A stretch of 16,655 bases of DNA from Pseudomonadota bacterium (GTDB taxonomy: Bacteria > Bdellovibrionota > FAC87 > UBA2466). This document shows positions 7,683 through 15,022 of this stretch, in pieces. The stretch lies in assembly GCA_043767805.1 (NCBI GenBank), contig JAYUGC010000033.1, positions 1 through 16,655 of the forward strand, given 5' to 3'. Made by a program: the position numbers and the translations under genes. The notes under the pieces were generated by a model. It was not told the origin of the DNA and ran no database searches. It saw only the letters and a program-made list of their open reading frames with translations. Position 1 is the first letter of the stretch; each line of letters starts with the position of its first letter.

Positions 7683-10013
7683 TTACTGGCACGCTTCGCA
7701 GGTCTCGGGATTCTCGAGAGAGCACGCGATGACTTCTTCGACCGTGGTCGCCACCTGCTCGTCCGACGTTACCGTCGTCTTGCCAATGGAGGTCTTCGCC
7801 CGCGAGCGGAGATAGTAAGTCGTCTTGATTCCCTGCTTCCAGGCGTACATGTACATGGAAGAGAGCTTGCCGAGCGTCGCGTCCTGCAAGAACAGGTTCA
7901 AGGACTGCGACTGACAGATGAAGGTGGAGCGCGCGGCCGCCATCTCGATGAGGCTCTTCTGGGGAATTTCCCAAACGGTCTTATAGAGATCGCGGATATT
8001 CTGAGGAATCGTTTCGATATTCTGGACGGAGCCTTCCGCTTTAATGATGTCGTCCCGCATTTTAGGACTCCAGAGATTCAACGCCTTCAGATCGCGTACG
8101 AGATAGCGGTTGATCTGAAGGAACTCACCGCTCAAGGTCTCGCGCTTAAAAACGTTCGAAAGTTGCGGCTCGATGGCTTCGTAGCAGCCGACGATGGACG
8201 CGATAGTCGCCGTCGGCGCGATGGCGATGAGCAAGCTGTTCCGGATGCCGTTGTTCTTCACTTGCCAGGCCAAATCGTCCCAATCGTAATGAAGCTCGGG
8301 CATGACCGGCTGATGTTTCTTCGCGAGCTGAACCTGGAGATCGCCGTCCGCGTAGCGCGACTGCTTGAACGCGGGGAACGAGCCTTCGCGTTTCGCGATT
8401 TCCATGCTGGTCTTGATCGCGTGATAGTAAATTGTCTCCGAAATTCGGGCGGAAATTTTCTGCGCTTCCGGGGAATCGAAAGAAAGCTTCATGCGGAACA
8501 AGGCATCCTGAAGTCCCATGAGACCCAAGCCCACCGGGCGCCACTTGGAGTTGGAGCGCTTCGACTCCGTAATCGGGTAGTAGTTCACGTCGATGACGCG
8601 ATCGAGGAACTTCGTCGCCGTGATGACTACGTCCGCGAGCTTGTCGAAATCGAAGGAGCGGTCTTCACGGACGAAGTTGCCCACGTTCACGCTACCCAAG
8701 TTACAAACCGCCACTTCGTCTTTGTTGGCGATTTCCAAAATTTCCGTGCAGAGGTTCGAGCTGCGGATGACGTTGCCCGATTCGGCGGTCTGGGCGGAGC
8801 GCAGGTTCGCTTTGTCTTTGAAGCAGATCCAGCCGTTACCGGTCTCGGCGAGGGTCTGCATCATGCGCGAGTAGAGCTTGCGCGCGGAAACCTTGCGCAT
8901 CGCTTTGCCAGCCGCTTCGTATTCCTTGTAGGCGACTTCGAACTCCTCGCCGAACGTGGTGAGCAGTTTCGGAGCGTCGCTCGGAGAGAACAGGCTCCAC
9001 TCTTCGTCGCCCTCGACCCGTCTCATGAAGAGATCGGAGATCCAAAGCGCGAGATTCAAATTGTGAGCGCGCCGCTCTTCGGCGCCCGTGTTGTTTCTGA
9101 GCTCGAGGAACGTCTCGATGTCGGCGTGCCAAGGCTCGAGATAAACGGCCGCGGCCCCTTTGCGCTTTCCGCCCTGGTTAACGGCGTGCACGGAAGAGTC
9201 GAACACCTTAAGGAAAGGAATGATGCCGTTGCTCAGCCCGTTCGTTCCTTTAATGAGAGCGCCCGAAGCGCGCACCGGCGTCCAATCGACGCCCAATCCG
9301 CCCGACCATTTAGAAAGCTGGGCGCAGTCAGTGACGTTCTTGTAGATGCCCTCGAGGCTGTCCTCGGAGATCGTCAAAAGATAGCAGCTGCTCATCTGCG
9401 GATGGCGCGTGCCCGAGTTAAAGAGCGTGGGCGTCGCCGGCATATAGAGGAATTGGCTGATGACGTTATAAAACTGAACGGCTTCCTCGACGTTCGTTGA
9501 GAGCCCTAACGCGACCCGCATGAACATCCATTGAGGACGCTCGACGAGCTTGCGCGACTGCGGGTGGCGGAGTAAATAGCGGTCGACCACCGTTTTCAAA
9601 CCAAAGAACTCGAAGCCGTCATCGCGCTCGTGGCGGATGGCATACTCGATGGTCTGCATGTCGTCTTTGACGAGCTCTAAAATATTGTCGCTGAGAAGGC
9701 CCAGCTCGGTGACGCTGCGGATGTAATCGCGGAACGCCAGGTCACGGCCCACTTCTTTGTGGATGCTCTCCGAGAGCATGCGCGCGGCGACTTTGGAGTA
9801 GTTGGGCTCGTCGCCCATGAGCATCACCGCGGTCGCGATGGAAAGATCGTCGAGCTCTTGGGTGGTGCTGCCATCGTGAAGCCCGTTGATGGTGCGCTTA
9901 GCTACCTCGAGGGAAACGACGTTGGGGATGCCGCGGCAAGCGCGGTCGACAGCGTGGAGGATTTTTTCGATCTTAACTTCTTCCCTGGTGCCGTCACGTT
10001 TGATTACATGCAT
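7683..10013 (-). CDS. nrdA: Ribonucleoside-diphosphate reductase class I alpha (R1) subunit with N-terminal ATP cone
   Basis: 776 aa; VIKRDG ATP cone, PATPTLFNSG, SSCYL, QGGKRKGA, SSNLCTEI, VCNLGS, APTATIA, KTTYYLRS, C-terminal CSLENPETCEACQ. No intein-sized insertion. Confidence 0.96.
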   Translation of the reverse strand: MHVIKRDGTREEVKIEKILHAVDRACRGIPNVVSLEVAKRTINGLHDGSTTQELDDLSIATAVMLMGDEPNYSKVAARMLSESIHKEVGRDLAFRDYIRSVTELGLLSDNILELVKDDMQTIEYAIRHERDDGFEFFGLKTVVDRYLLRHPQSRKLVERPQWMFMRVALGLSTNVEEAVQFYNVISQFLYMPATPTLFNSGTRHPQMSSCYLLTISEDSLEGIYKNVTDCAQLSKWSGGLGVDWTPVRASGALIKGTNGLSNGIIPFLKVFDSSVHAVNQGGKRKGAAAVYLEPWHADIETFLELRNNTGAEERRAHNLNLALWISDLFMRRVEGDEEWSLFSPSDAPKLLTTFGEEFEVAYKEYEAAGKAMRKVSARKLYSRMMQTLAETGNGWICFKDKANLRSAQTAESGNVIRSSNLCTEILEIANKDEVAVCNLGSVNVGNFVREDRSFDFDKLADVVITATKFLDRVIDVNYYPITESKRSNSKWRPVGLGLMGLQDALFRMKLSFDSPEAQKISARISETIYYHAIKTSMEIAKREGSFPAFKQSRYADGDLQVQLAKKHQPVMPELHYDWDDLAWQVKNNGIRNSLLIAIAPTATIASIVGCYEAIEPQLSNVFKRETLSGEFLQINRYLVRDLKALNLWSPKMRDDIIKAEGSVQNIETIPQNIRDLYKTVWEIPQKSLIEMAAARSTFICQSQSLNLFLQDATLGKLSSMYMYAWKQGIKTTYYLRSRAKTSIGKTTVTSDEQVATTVEEVIACSLENPETCEACQ

Positions 10014-10024
10014 TGAAGTTTCGT

Positions 10025-10092
10025 CCCCAACCCGAGCTTTTTTGGGGTGAGAAGGCCCTTGGCTCCTAATCGGGAGCCTGCCTGCCTCACCC
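10025..10092 (-). promoter_or_regulatory. Structured 5' leader of nrdA (nested stems plus alternative RBS-occluding hairpin)
   Basis: On the minus strand, nested stems GGGTGAG/CTCACCC, AGGC/GCCT and GGCTCC/GGAGCC; CCCCAA/TTGGGG hairpin overlaps the outer stem and the putative RBS. Confidence 0.45.
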
Positions 10093-10120
10093 AGTTATGT
10101 CGTATTTTTGAAGTCGCCCT

Positions 10121-10136
10121 ACCCCACGTGTAGTGC
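10121..10136 (-). promoter_or_regulatory. Putative NrdR box
   Basis: GCACTACACGTGGGGT versus consensus acaCwAtATaTwGtgt (about 10/16 matches), upstream of nrdAB. A second candidate lies at 10166-10181. Confidence 0.4.
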
Positions 10137-10267
10137 GAATTCCTGGCTTCTTTGGAAATTAAACAACCAAAAATTTTGTGTCAATTCGGAACCCATGACG
10201 CTTCGTGGTCGTTGAAAAAATAATTGTGTTGAATTCCTGATCATCCGCGCTGCGGGCCGTTCTTCGG

Positions 10268-10615
10268 CTATCCGACCATGGAGCCGCCGAGCTGCACGCC
10301 TCCCAGCACATGCAAATGCAGATGGAAAACACTCTGGCAGGCGTGAGCGCCGGTGTTGAACACCGTGCGGAATCCATTTTTCGTCAGCGAAAGTTTTTTC
10401 GCGACTTCGCCGGCGGCGAGAAGCACATGCTGAAAAATTTCGCCGTTTTCCGTCGATACATGGGCCACGTCGGTGACGTGCGTGCGCGGAACGATCAAGA
10501 CGTGGACCGGCGCTTGCGGCGAAATATCGTGAAAGGCGACGACGTGCTCGTCCTCGTAAACTTTTTTGCTGGGAATTTTTCCTTCGATGATTTTACAGAA
10601 GAGACAGTCGCTCAC
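10268..10615 (-). CDS. hinT: Histidine triad nucleotide-binding protein (HinT/PKCI family)
   Basis: 115 aa; DCLFCKII, AFHDISPQAPVHVLIVP, QSVFHLHLHVLGG; GTG start with GGAGG RBS. Confidence 0.92.
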   Translation of the reverse strand: MSDCLFCKIIEGKIPSKKVYEDEHVVAFHDISPQAPVHVLIVPRTHVTDVAHVSTENGEIFQHVLLAAGEVAKKLSLTKNGFRTVFNTGAHACQSVFHLHLHVLGGVQLGGSMVG

Positions 10616-10710
10616 TTTTGATTCCTCCCAAGGGGACCAGGAATTGAAACGGCCGCGCGGGAATACGGCAAGGGGTTTTCGGAATCGCCGAGGTGGGCTA
10701 AGTTGGCCCG

Positions 10711-11286
10711 ATGCCGCTCCTCAGAGAAAACCTGGAAAAATGGCTGGGACAAGCGGGGCCTTTTGATGAGGCTCCGGTGTCCGGCCGCGCGGCGGCCGTG
10801 CTGGTCCCTATTGGATGGAACGCGGCGACTCATCGGGATGAGATTTTGCTGACCAAACGGACTCATCTCGTTCAGACCCATAAGGGTCAGGTCAGCTTTC
10901 CGGGCGGCATGTGGGAAACGGGCGACGTAGACCTCCGCGCTACCGCCCTGCGTGAAGCCCATGAAGAAGTTGGGCTTCCCGTCGCGGAAGTGGATGTGGT
11001 CGGCCGATTGCCCCTCGTTCTCGCCCGCGGCGCCCTTCCCATCGTTCCTTGGGTGGGCATCATACGGCTTCCCGTGCAGATGGCTTTGAACGAGGCCGAA
11101 GTCGCGGCCGCGCTTTGGCTTCCGTTGGACAGGCTCATGGAAGAAGGGCTGAAGCCGACCAACGTGCTCTTTGGCGCCACTCTGGTGGTCAGCATCGGGA
11201 TCGAAGTCGAGGGAGAGATGGTGTGGGGAGCGACAGCCAAGATACTGGAGAGTTTGAGAGAGGTGTTGAAGCGGGGTTTACCCTAA
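10711..11286 (+). CDS. Nudix hydrolase, CoA pyrophosphatase (NudL/PCD1-like)
   Basis: AAVLVP, LLTKR..L..HKGQVSFPGG (NuCoA motif), Nudix box TALREAHEEVGL, NEAEVA, VWGATAKIL. Confidence 0.88.
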   Translation: MPLLRENLEKWLGQAGPFDEAPVSGRAAAVLVPIGWNAATHRDEILLTKRTHLVQTHKGQVSFPGGMWETGDVDLRATALREAHEEVGLPVAEVDVVGRLPLVLARGALPIVPWVGIIRLPVQMALNEAEVAAALWLPLDRLMEEGLKPTNVLFGATLVVSIGIEVEGEMVWGATAKILESLREVLKRGLP

Positions 11287-11482
11287 CCGGGAAAACCCCG
11301 CCCCCTTCCCCAAGGGTTTAAGAAAACCGTCTCTAAAACCAGCAAACGGCCTCAAATCAACCACCAACCAATGACTAGATGAGTTATACATCCGCGCGGT
11401 TGAGGTCCATCAATACGACACAAGGTGTTAACAACGGGCTACATCCGTCTTCAGAGCTGTTAACACTTAAAGATTTGAAAAT

Positions 11483-12061
11483 TTAGGCTTTAAAGCCTTT
11501 TCCGGTGAAGAAAATTTCTTTGCTGTGCTTGCGAGTGGAATCAGGGCGAAGGAGGGAAACCTTCTCGAACGTCTCCCTCAGCATCTTGCGGTAGGTCTCG
11601 AAATCCTCACCCATGAAGAGCTTCGCCACGAAGTTGCCTCCGGGCTTCAAATGCTTCTTGGCGACGTCCAAGGCAAGGCTCGCGAGCTCGAAGGAAAGGG
11701 CGGTGTCCCGAGAAGCGATGCCGCTCGTTTTCGGAGCCATGTCGCTCAAGACCACGTCCGCCCGGTCGACCCCGAGCCACGCCGGGAAATCGACGGCGTT
11801 GATGTCGGCCTGAAGAAAGTTGAGACGCGGATGAGCGAACGTCAGGGGGCTCAAGTCCACGGCGAAGACTTTGGCTTTCGGGCAAACCTTCAAAACGTAC
11901 TGACTCCAGGACCCGGGCGAGGCGCCGAGGTCGACCACCACTTGAGCGGAGCCCAGCACTTTTTCTTTGCGGTCGATCTCTTCTAACTTATAGACCGAGC
12001 GCGCGGCGAAGTTCTCTTCTCTGGCCTTTTTCGTGTAGGGATCGTCGTTCCACTTTTTCAT
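11483..12061 (-). CDS. rlmE: 23S rRNA Um2552 2'-O-methyltransferase RlmE (FtsJ/RrmJ)
   Basis: DPYTKKA, ARSVYKLEEID, VVDLGASPGSWSQ, DVVLSDMAP, GGNFVAKLF, RKHSKEIF; K-D-K-E tetrad present. Confidence 0.92.
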   Translation of the reverse strand: MKKWNDDPYTKKAREENFAARSVYKLEEIDRKEKVLGSAQVVVDLGASPGSWSQYVLKVCPKAKVFAVDLSPLTFAHPRLNFLQADINAVDFPAWLGVDRADVVLSDMAPKTSGIASRDTALSFELASLALDVAKKHLKPGGNFVAKLFMGEDFETYRKMLRETFEKVSLLRPDSTRKHSKEIFFTGKGFKA

Positions 12062-12876
12062 TTCCAGATCCCCTTCAGGCTATGGCCTTCCATCGAAAGG
12101 TGGCAGAGAGAAAAATCGTAGCGGATCGGATCTTCGGGGCAGAGCTGACGAAGCCGCTTCGTCGCCGCTTCGACGACTTTCCAGCTCGCCTGTTTGCTCC
12201 GGGTCCATCGCAAGAGGCGCAACGTTTTTAAAAGGTGAGTGTCGACGGGAAGCGCGAGCTCCGCGGGCGTCAAAGCCTTCCAGACGCCGAGATCCACCGA
12301 GCCGTCCGATCGCACCATCCAGCGCAAGTACATGTTGAGCCGCTTGCAGGCGCTGCCGCGATCGGGGTGAGGCAAAAGATATTTCAGCTGCCGCGCCCGC
12401 CGCGATCGCAGCTCGTTCCACTTGGGCGGCAAGTCCTGGGACGTCAGCCGATCGATGAAGGAGCCGAGCATGGCCTTCATGTCGGGGCGAGTCTCGTCGA
12501 AGGGCGCGAGAAAAAACGCTTCGAGGCTTCCGTGAGATTGAAGCGCCGAGGAGAGCCAAAGCGCCAGCATCCGTAGCTCTTCTCCCGTGGTGAAGCGGTG
12601 GCGAAAGGCCGGCCAAAGGTCGAAGTCGCCGCCTTTGAGTAGCGTTGCCGCGGGAGATGGACCCAAAGGGGCGAGCGCCCGACGGCAGCTTGCCAAGATC
12701 GTCGTTACGTTTCCGTAAGAAAGTAGCGCCGTGAAGAGTCCCGCCACCTCCCGATCTCTCGGATCGGCATAAGGATGGACCAACGATACAGGGTCCTTGT
12801 CCCTAAACTGAGCCGAATGGAAGTCCGTGTAGGCGGACTCCAAAAGTGTGATGAGTGCTGTGGTCTTATCGGCCAT
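12058..12876 (-). CDS. TIGR02757/DUF2400 family protein (HhH-GPD-like)
   Basis: DPVSLVH..DREVAG..ALLSYGNV, FRHRF, SACKRLNMYLRWMVR, VDLGVW, LPVDTH, PEDPIRYDFSL. Probable start ATG 12876 (ORF track start 12894); ATGA overlap with rlmE. Confidence 0.85.
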   Translation of the reverse strand: MADKTTALITLLESAYTDFHSAQFRDKDPVSLVHPYADPRDREVAGLFTALLSYGNVTTILASCRRALAPLGPSPAATLLKGGDFDLWPAFRHRFTTGEELRMLALWLSSALQSHGSLEAFFLAPFDETRPDMKAMLGSFIDRLTSQDLPPKWNELRSRRARQLKYLLPHPDRGSACKRLNMYLRWMVRSDGSVDLGVWKALTPAELALPVDTHLLKTLRLLRWTRSKQASWKVVEAATKRLRQLCPEDPIRYDFSLCHLSMEGHSLKGIWK

Positions 12877-12909
12877 GGGGTATGTGACTACCACGGCCCG
12901 GGCGGGAGA

Positions 12910-13410
12910 TCATCCCGTGGAAGAGGGCGTCTTTTTCTTGCCGAGAGGGCGGGACGAGCTGGGCACTTCGAGCACGAACTTGTTCTGGGCCTCTAGCTGG
13001 CGGGCGATCTTCAACACTTGTTTGCGGGCGCCCATAATGAAGGCGCGCTCGAGGCTGACGTTCAAGAGCGACTCTTCGTCGACGAAGAGTTTCGTGCCCC
13101 GGTGACCCAAGTGGCGGAGGATATCCTTGCGGAACGGCTCGGGCATGCCCTGAAGGGCGTAGGCCAAGATCTTGGGAGAAACTTTGGACAAAATTTCCGC
13201 GAGGACGGCTTCGTCGAGCACGACGAGCTCCTCGAACAAGACTACCTTCTTCATGACGGTCGCTAGAAAATCGGAGTCCTCTTCTTCGACTTCCTTCAAG
13301 ATCGCTTTCCGCTGACGGGGAGCGGATTGCTCGATCAAAGAGGCAAACTCGATGAGTCCCCGCATGGTTTTTTTGAAACGGGAAAGATTTGGCTTTCGCT
13401 TGAAAGACAT
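12910..13410 (-). CDS. Stand-alone FliG C-terminal-domain-like protein
   Basis: LFEELVVLDEAVLAEILSKV...LAYALQG....RKDILRHLGHR...ARKQVLKIARQLE aligns by eye with FliG-C (FEDL..LDD..IQ..L....L..ALKG...REK...NMS.R....Q..I....R.L). Only 166 aa; RBS GAGGA. Confidence 0.68.
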   Translation of the reverse strand: MSFKRKPNLSRFKKTMRGLIEFASLIEQSAPRQRKAILKEVEEEDSDFLATVMKKVVLFEELVVLDEAVLAEILSKVSPKILAYALQGMPEPFRKDILRHLGHRGTKLFVDEESLLNVSLERAFIMGARKQVLKIARQLEAQNKFVLEVPSSSRPLGKKKTPSSTG

Positions 13411-13490
13411 TTGGTCCTCGCCCCGTCTAGCCGCCGGGGGCCTAAGTTGGATTGAGTTTCTGGGGTTGTTTAAGTCAGAAGGGCCGTTAT

Positions 13491-13504
13491 AGATAATATT
13501 ATCT
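13491..13504. promoter_or_regulatory. Perfect 14-bp AT-rich palindrome in the divergent FliG-C/glpK intergenic region
   Basis: AGATAATATTATCT, 21 nt upstream of the glpK ATG. Confidence 0.4.
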
Positions 13505-13525
13505 TAAACGCAGGAAACCTCAATC

Positions 13526-15022
13526 ATGCCGCAGTACATCCTCGCAATTGATCAGGGCACTACCGGAAGCACGGCGCTAATCATCGATAAGACGTTTCGC
13601 GTCTTAGGTAAGCATACTGTGGAGTTCCCTCAACATTTCCCTAAACCGAGCTGGGTTGAGCACGATTTGGAGGAGATCTGGGTTTCGGTGCGTGACGCCA
13701 TAAACGGAGCGTTTTCCCAAGCCAAATGCACCCGCGGTTCCATCGCGGCTATCGGAATTACCAACCAGCGGGAAACGACCTGCCTTTGGCGGCGTGAGGG
13801 CGGGGCTCCCGCCGTAGGCCGCGCGATCGTCTGGCAAGATCGCCGTACGGCGGATGTTTGCGAGAAGCTAAAAAAAAGGGGGCTCGAAAAAGCCATCAAT
13901 CGCAAAACGGGCTTACTTCTCGATCCGTATTTCAGCGCGACGAAGCTCCAATGGATGCTGAAAAACATCCCGGGAGCGATGGCGGACGCGAAAGCGGGAA
14001 AGCTCGCCTTCGGCACCATCGACAGCTACTTGCTCTATCGCATGACGGGCGCCCACGCGACCGACGTCTCCAACGCGAGCCGCACCCTCCTCATGGATCT
14101 AAAGACGCAAGAATGGGACGACGGTTTGCTGAAGCTCTTCGGCATTCCGAAAGCGTTGCTGCCCAAAATTATGGGCTCTTCCGTCGAATACGGAAAGACC
14201 CGCGGCTTTTTTGATTTTCCGAACGGCATTCCAGTCACCGGCATCTCGGGCGACCAGCAGTCGGCGCTCTTCGGTCAGGCGTGCTTTGTTAAAGGTTCGT
14301 CGAAATGCACGTACGGCACGGGCGCTTTCATTTTGGTAAATACCGGCGATAAACCCGTCTTCTCGAAGCATCGCCTTCTCACCACGGTCGCCTGGAAGTT
14401 CGGCAATAAGGTGACGTACGGTCTGGAAGGCAGCGCCTTCATTGCGGGTGCGGCGGTCCAGTGGCTGAGAGACGGTCTTGGCCTCATCGGCAAGTCTTCG
14501 GAAGTGGAAGCACTCGCGGCGTCCGTTCCCGACTCGGGCGGTGTCATCATGGTCCCGGCGCTTGCGGGCCTCGGCGCTCCTTACTGGTGGCCGAACGCGA
14601 CGGGCATCATGACCGGCATTACTCGTGGCACTACGAAAGCGCATGTGGCGCGCGCTACATTAGAGGGCATGGCGTTTCAAGTGACCGAGTTACTCGAAGC
14701 CATGGGGAAAGACGTGGGCAAACGCCCCTCTCCTATTAAGGTAGACGGCGGCGCGTCCGCGAACGATCTCCTCATGCAGTTCCAAAGCGATTTGATGAAT
14801 GTGAAAGTCGTGCGCTCGGAAATTCTGGAAACGACCGCTTTGGGTTGCGCCATTCAGGCGGGTCTCGCTATCGGCTATTGGGCGGACTTAGACGAAGTCG
14901 CGAAGCTCTGGCGCGCGGCCAAATCCTTCGAGCCCACGATGAAGGCGCCGCAGAGGAAGCTCGCCATGGATAAATGGCGGCGTGCTTTGAAAGCCGTTCA
15001 GATCTTATCCGCTAAATCCTGA
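13526..15022 (+). CDS. glpK: Glycerol kinase
   Basis: 498 aa; ILAIDQGTTGS, IGITNQRETT, AIVWQDRRT, DPYFSATK, TDVSNASRT, GDQQSALFGQ, KCTYGTG, GLGAPYW, VDGGASAN, ETTALG. Confidence 0.96.
   Translation: MPQYILAIDQGTTGSTALIIDKTFRVLGKHTVEFPQHFPKPSWVEHDLEEIWVSVRDAINGAFSQAKCTRGSIAAIGITNQRETTCLWRREGGAPAVGRAIVWQDRRTADVCEKLKKRGLEKAINRKTGLLLDPYFSATKLQWMLKNIPGAMADAKAGKLAFGTIDSYLLYRMTGAHATDVSNASRTLLMDLKTQEWDDGLLKLFGIPKALLPKIMGSSVEYGKTRGFFDFPNGIPVTGISGDQQSALFGQACFVKGSSKCTYGTGAFILVNTGDKPVFSKHRLLTTVAWKFGNKVTYGLEGSAFIAGAAVQWLRDGLGLIGKSSEVEALAASVPDSGGVIMVPALAGLGAPYWWPNATGIMTGITRGTTKAHVARATLEGMAFQVTELLEAMGKDVGKRPSPIKVDGGASANDLLMQFQSDLMNVKVVRSEILETTALGCAIQAGLAIGYWADLDEVAKLWRAAKSFEPTMKAPQRKLAMDKWRRALKAVQILSAKS

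Noticed and set aside
6682..7815. 377-aa plus-strand ORF antisense to nrdB
   Set aside because: Shadow ORF from codon bias of a conserved gene; no recognisable motifs or RBS.
8163..9500. 445-aa plus-strand ORF antisense to nrdA
   Set aside because: Antisense shadow frame lying fully inside nrdA; no domain signal.
10014..10267. Cobalamin or purine-family riboswitch before nrdA
   Set aside because: The conserved cores of these families were not found by eye; kept only as an unclassified structured leader.
11380..11470. oriC, dif or integron attC
   Set aside because: DnaA-box matches are only 6-7 of 9 with no dnaA nearby; no XerC/D dif consensus; no proper RYYYAAC/GTTRRRY pair or integrase.
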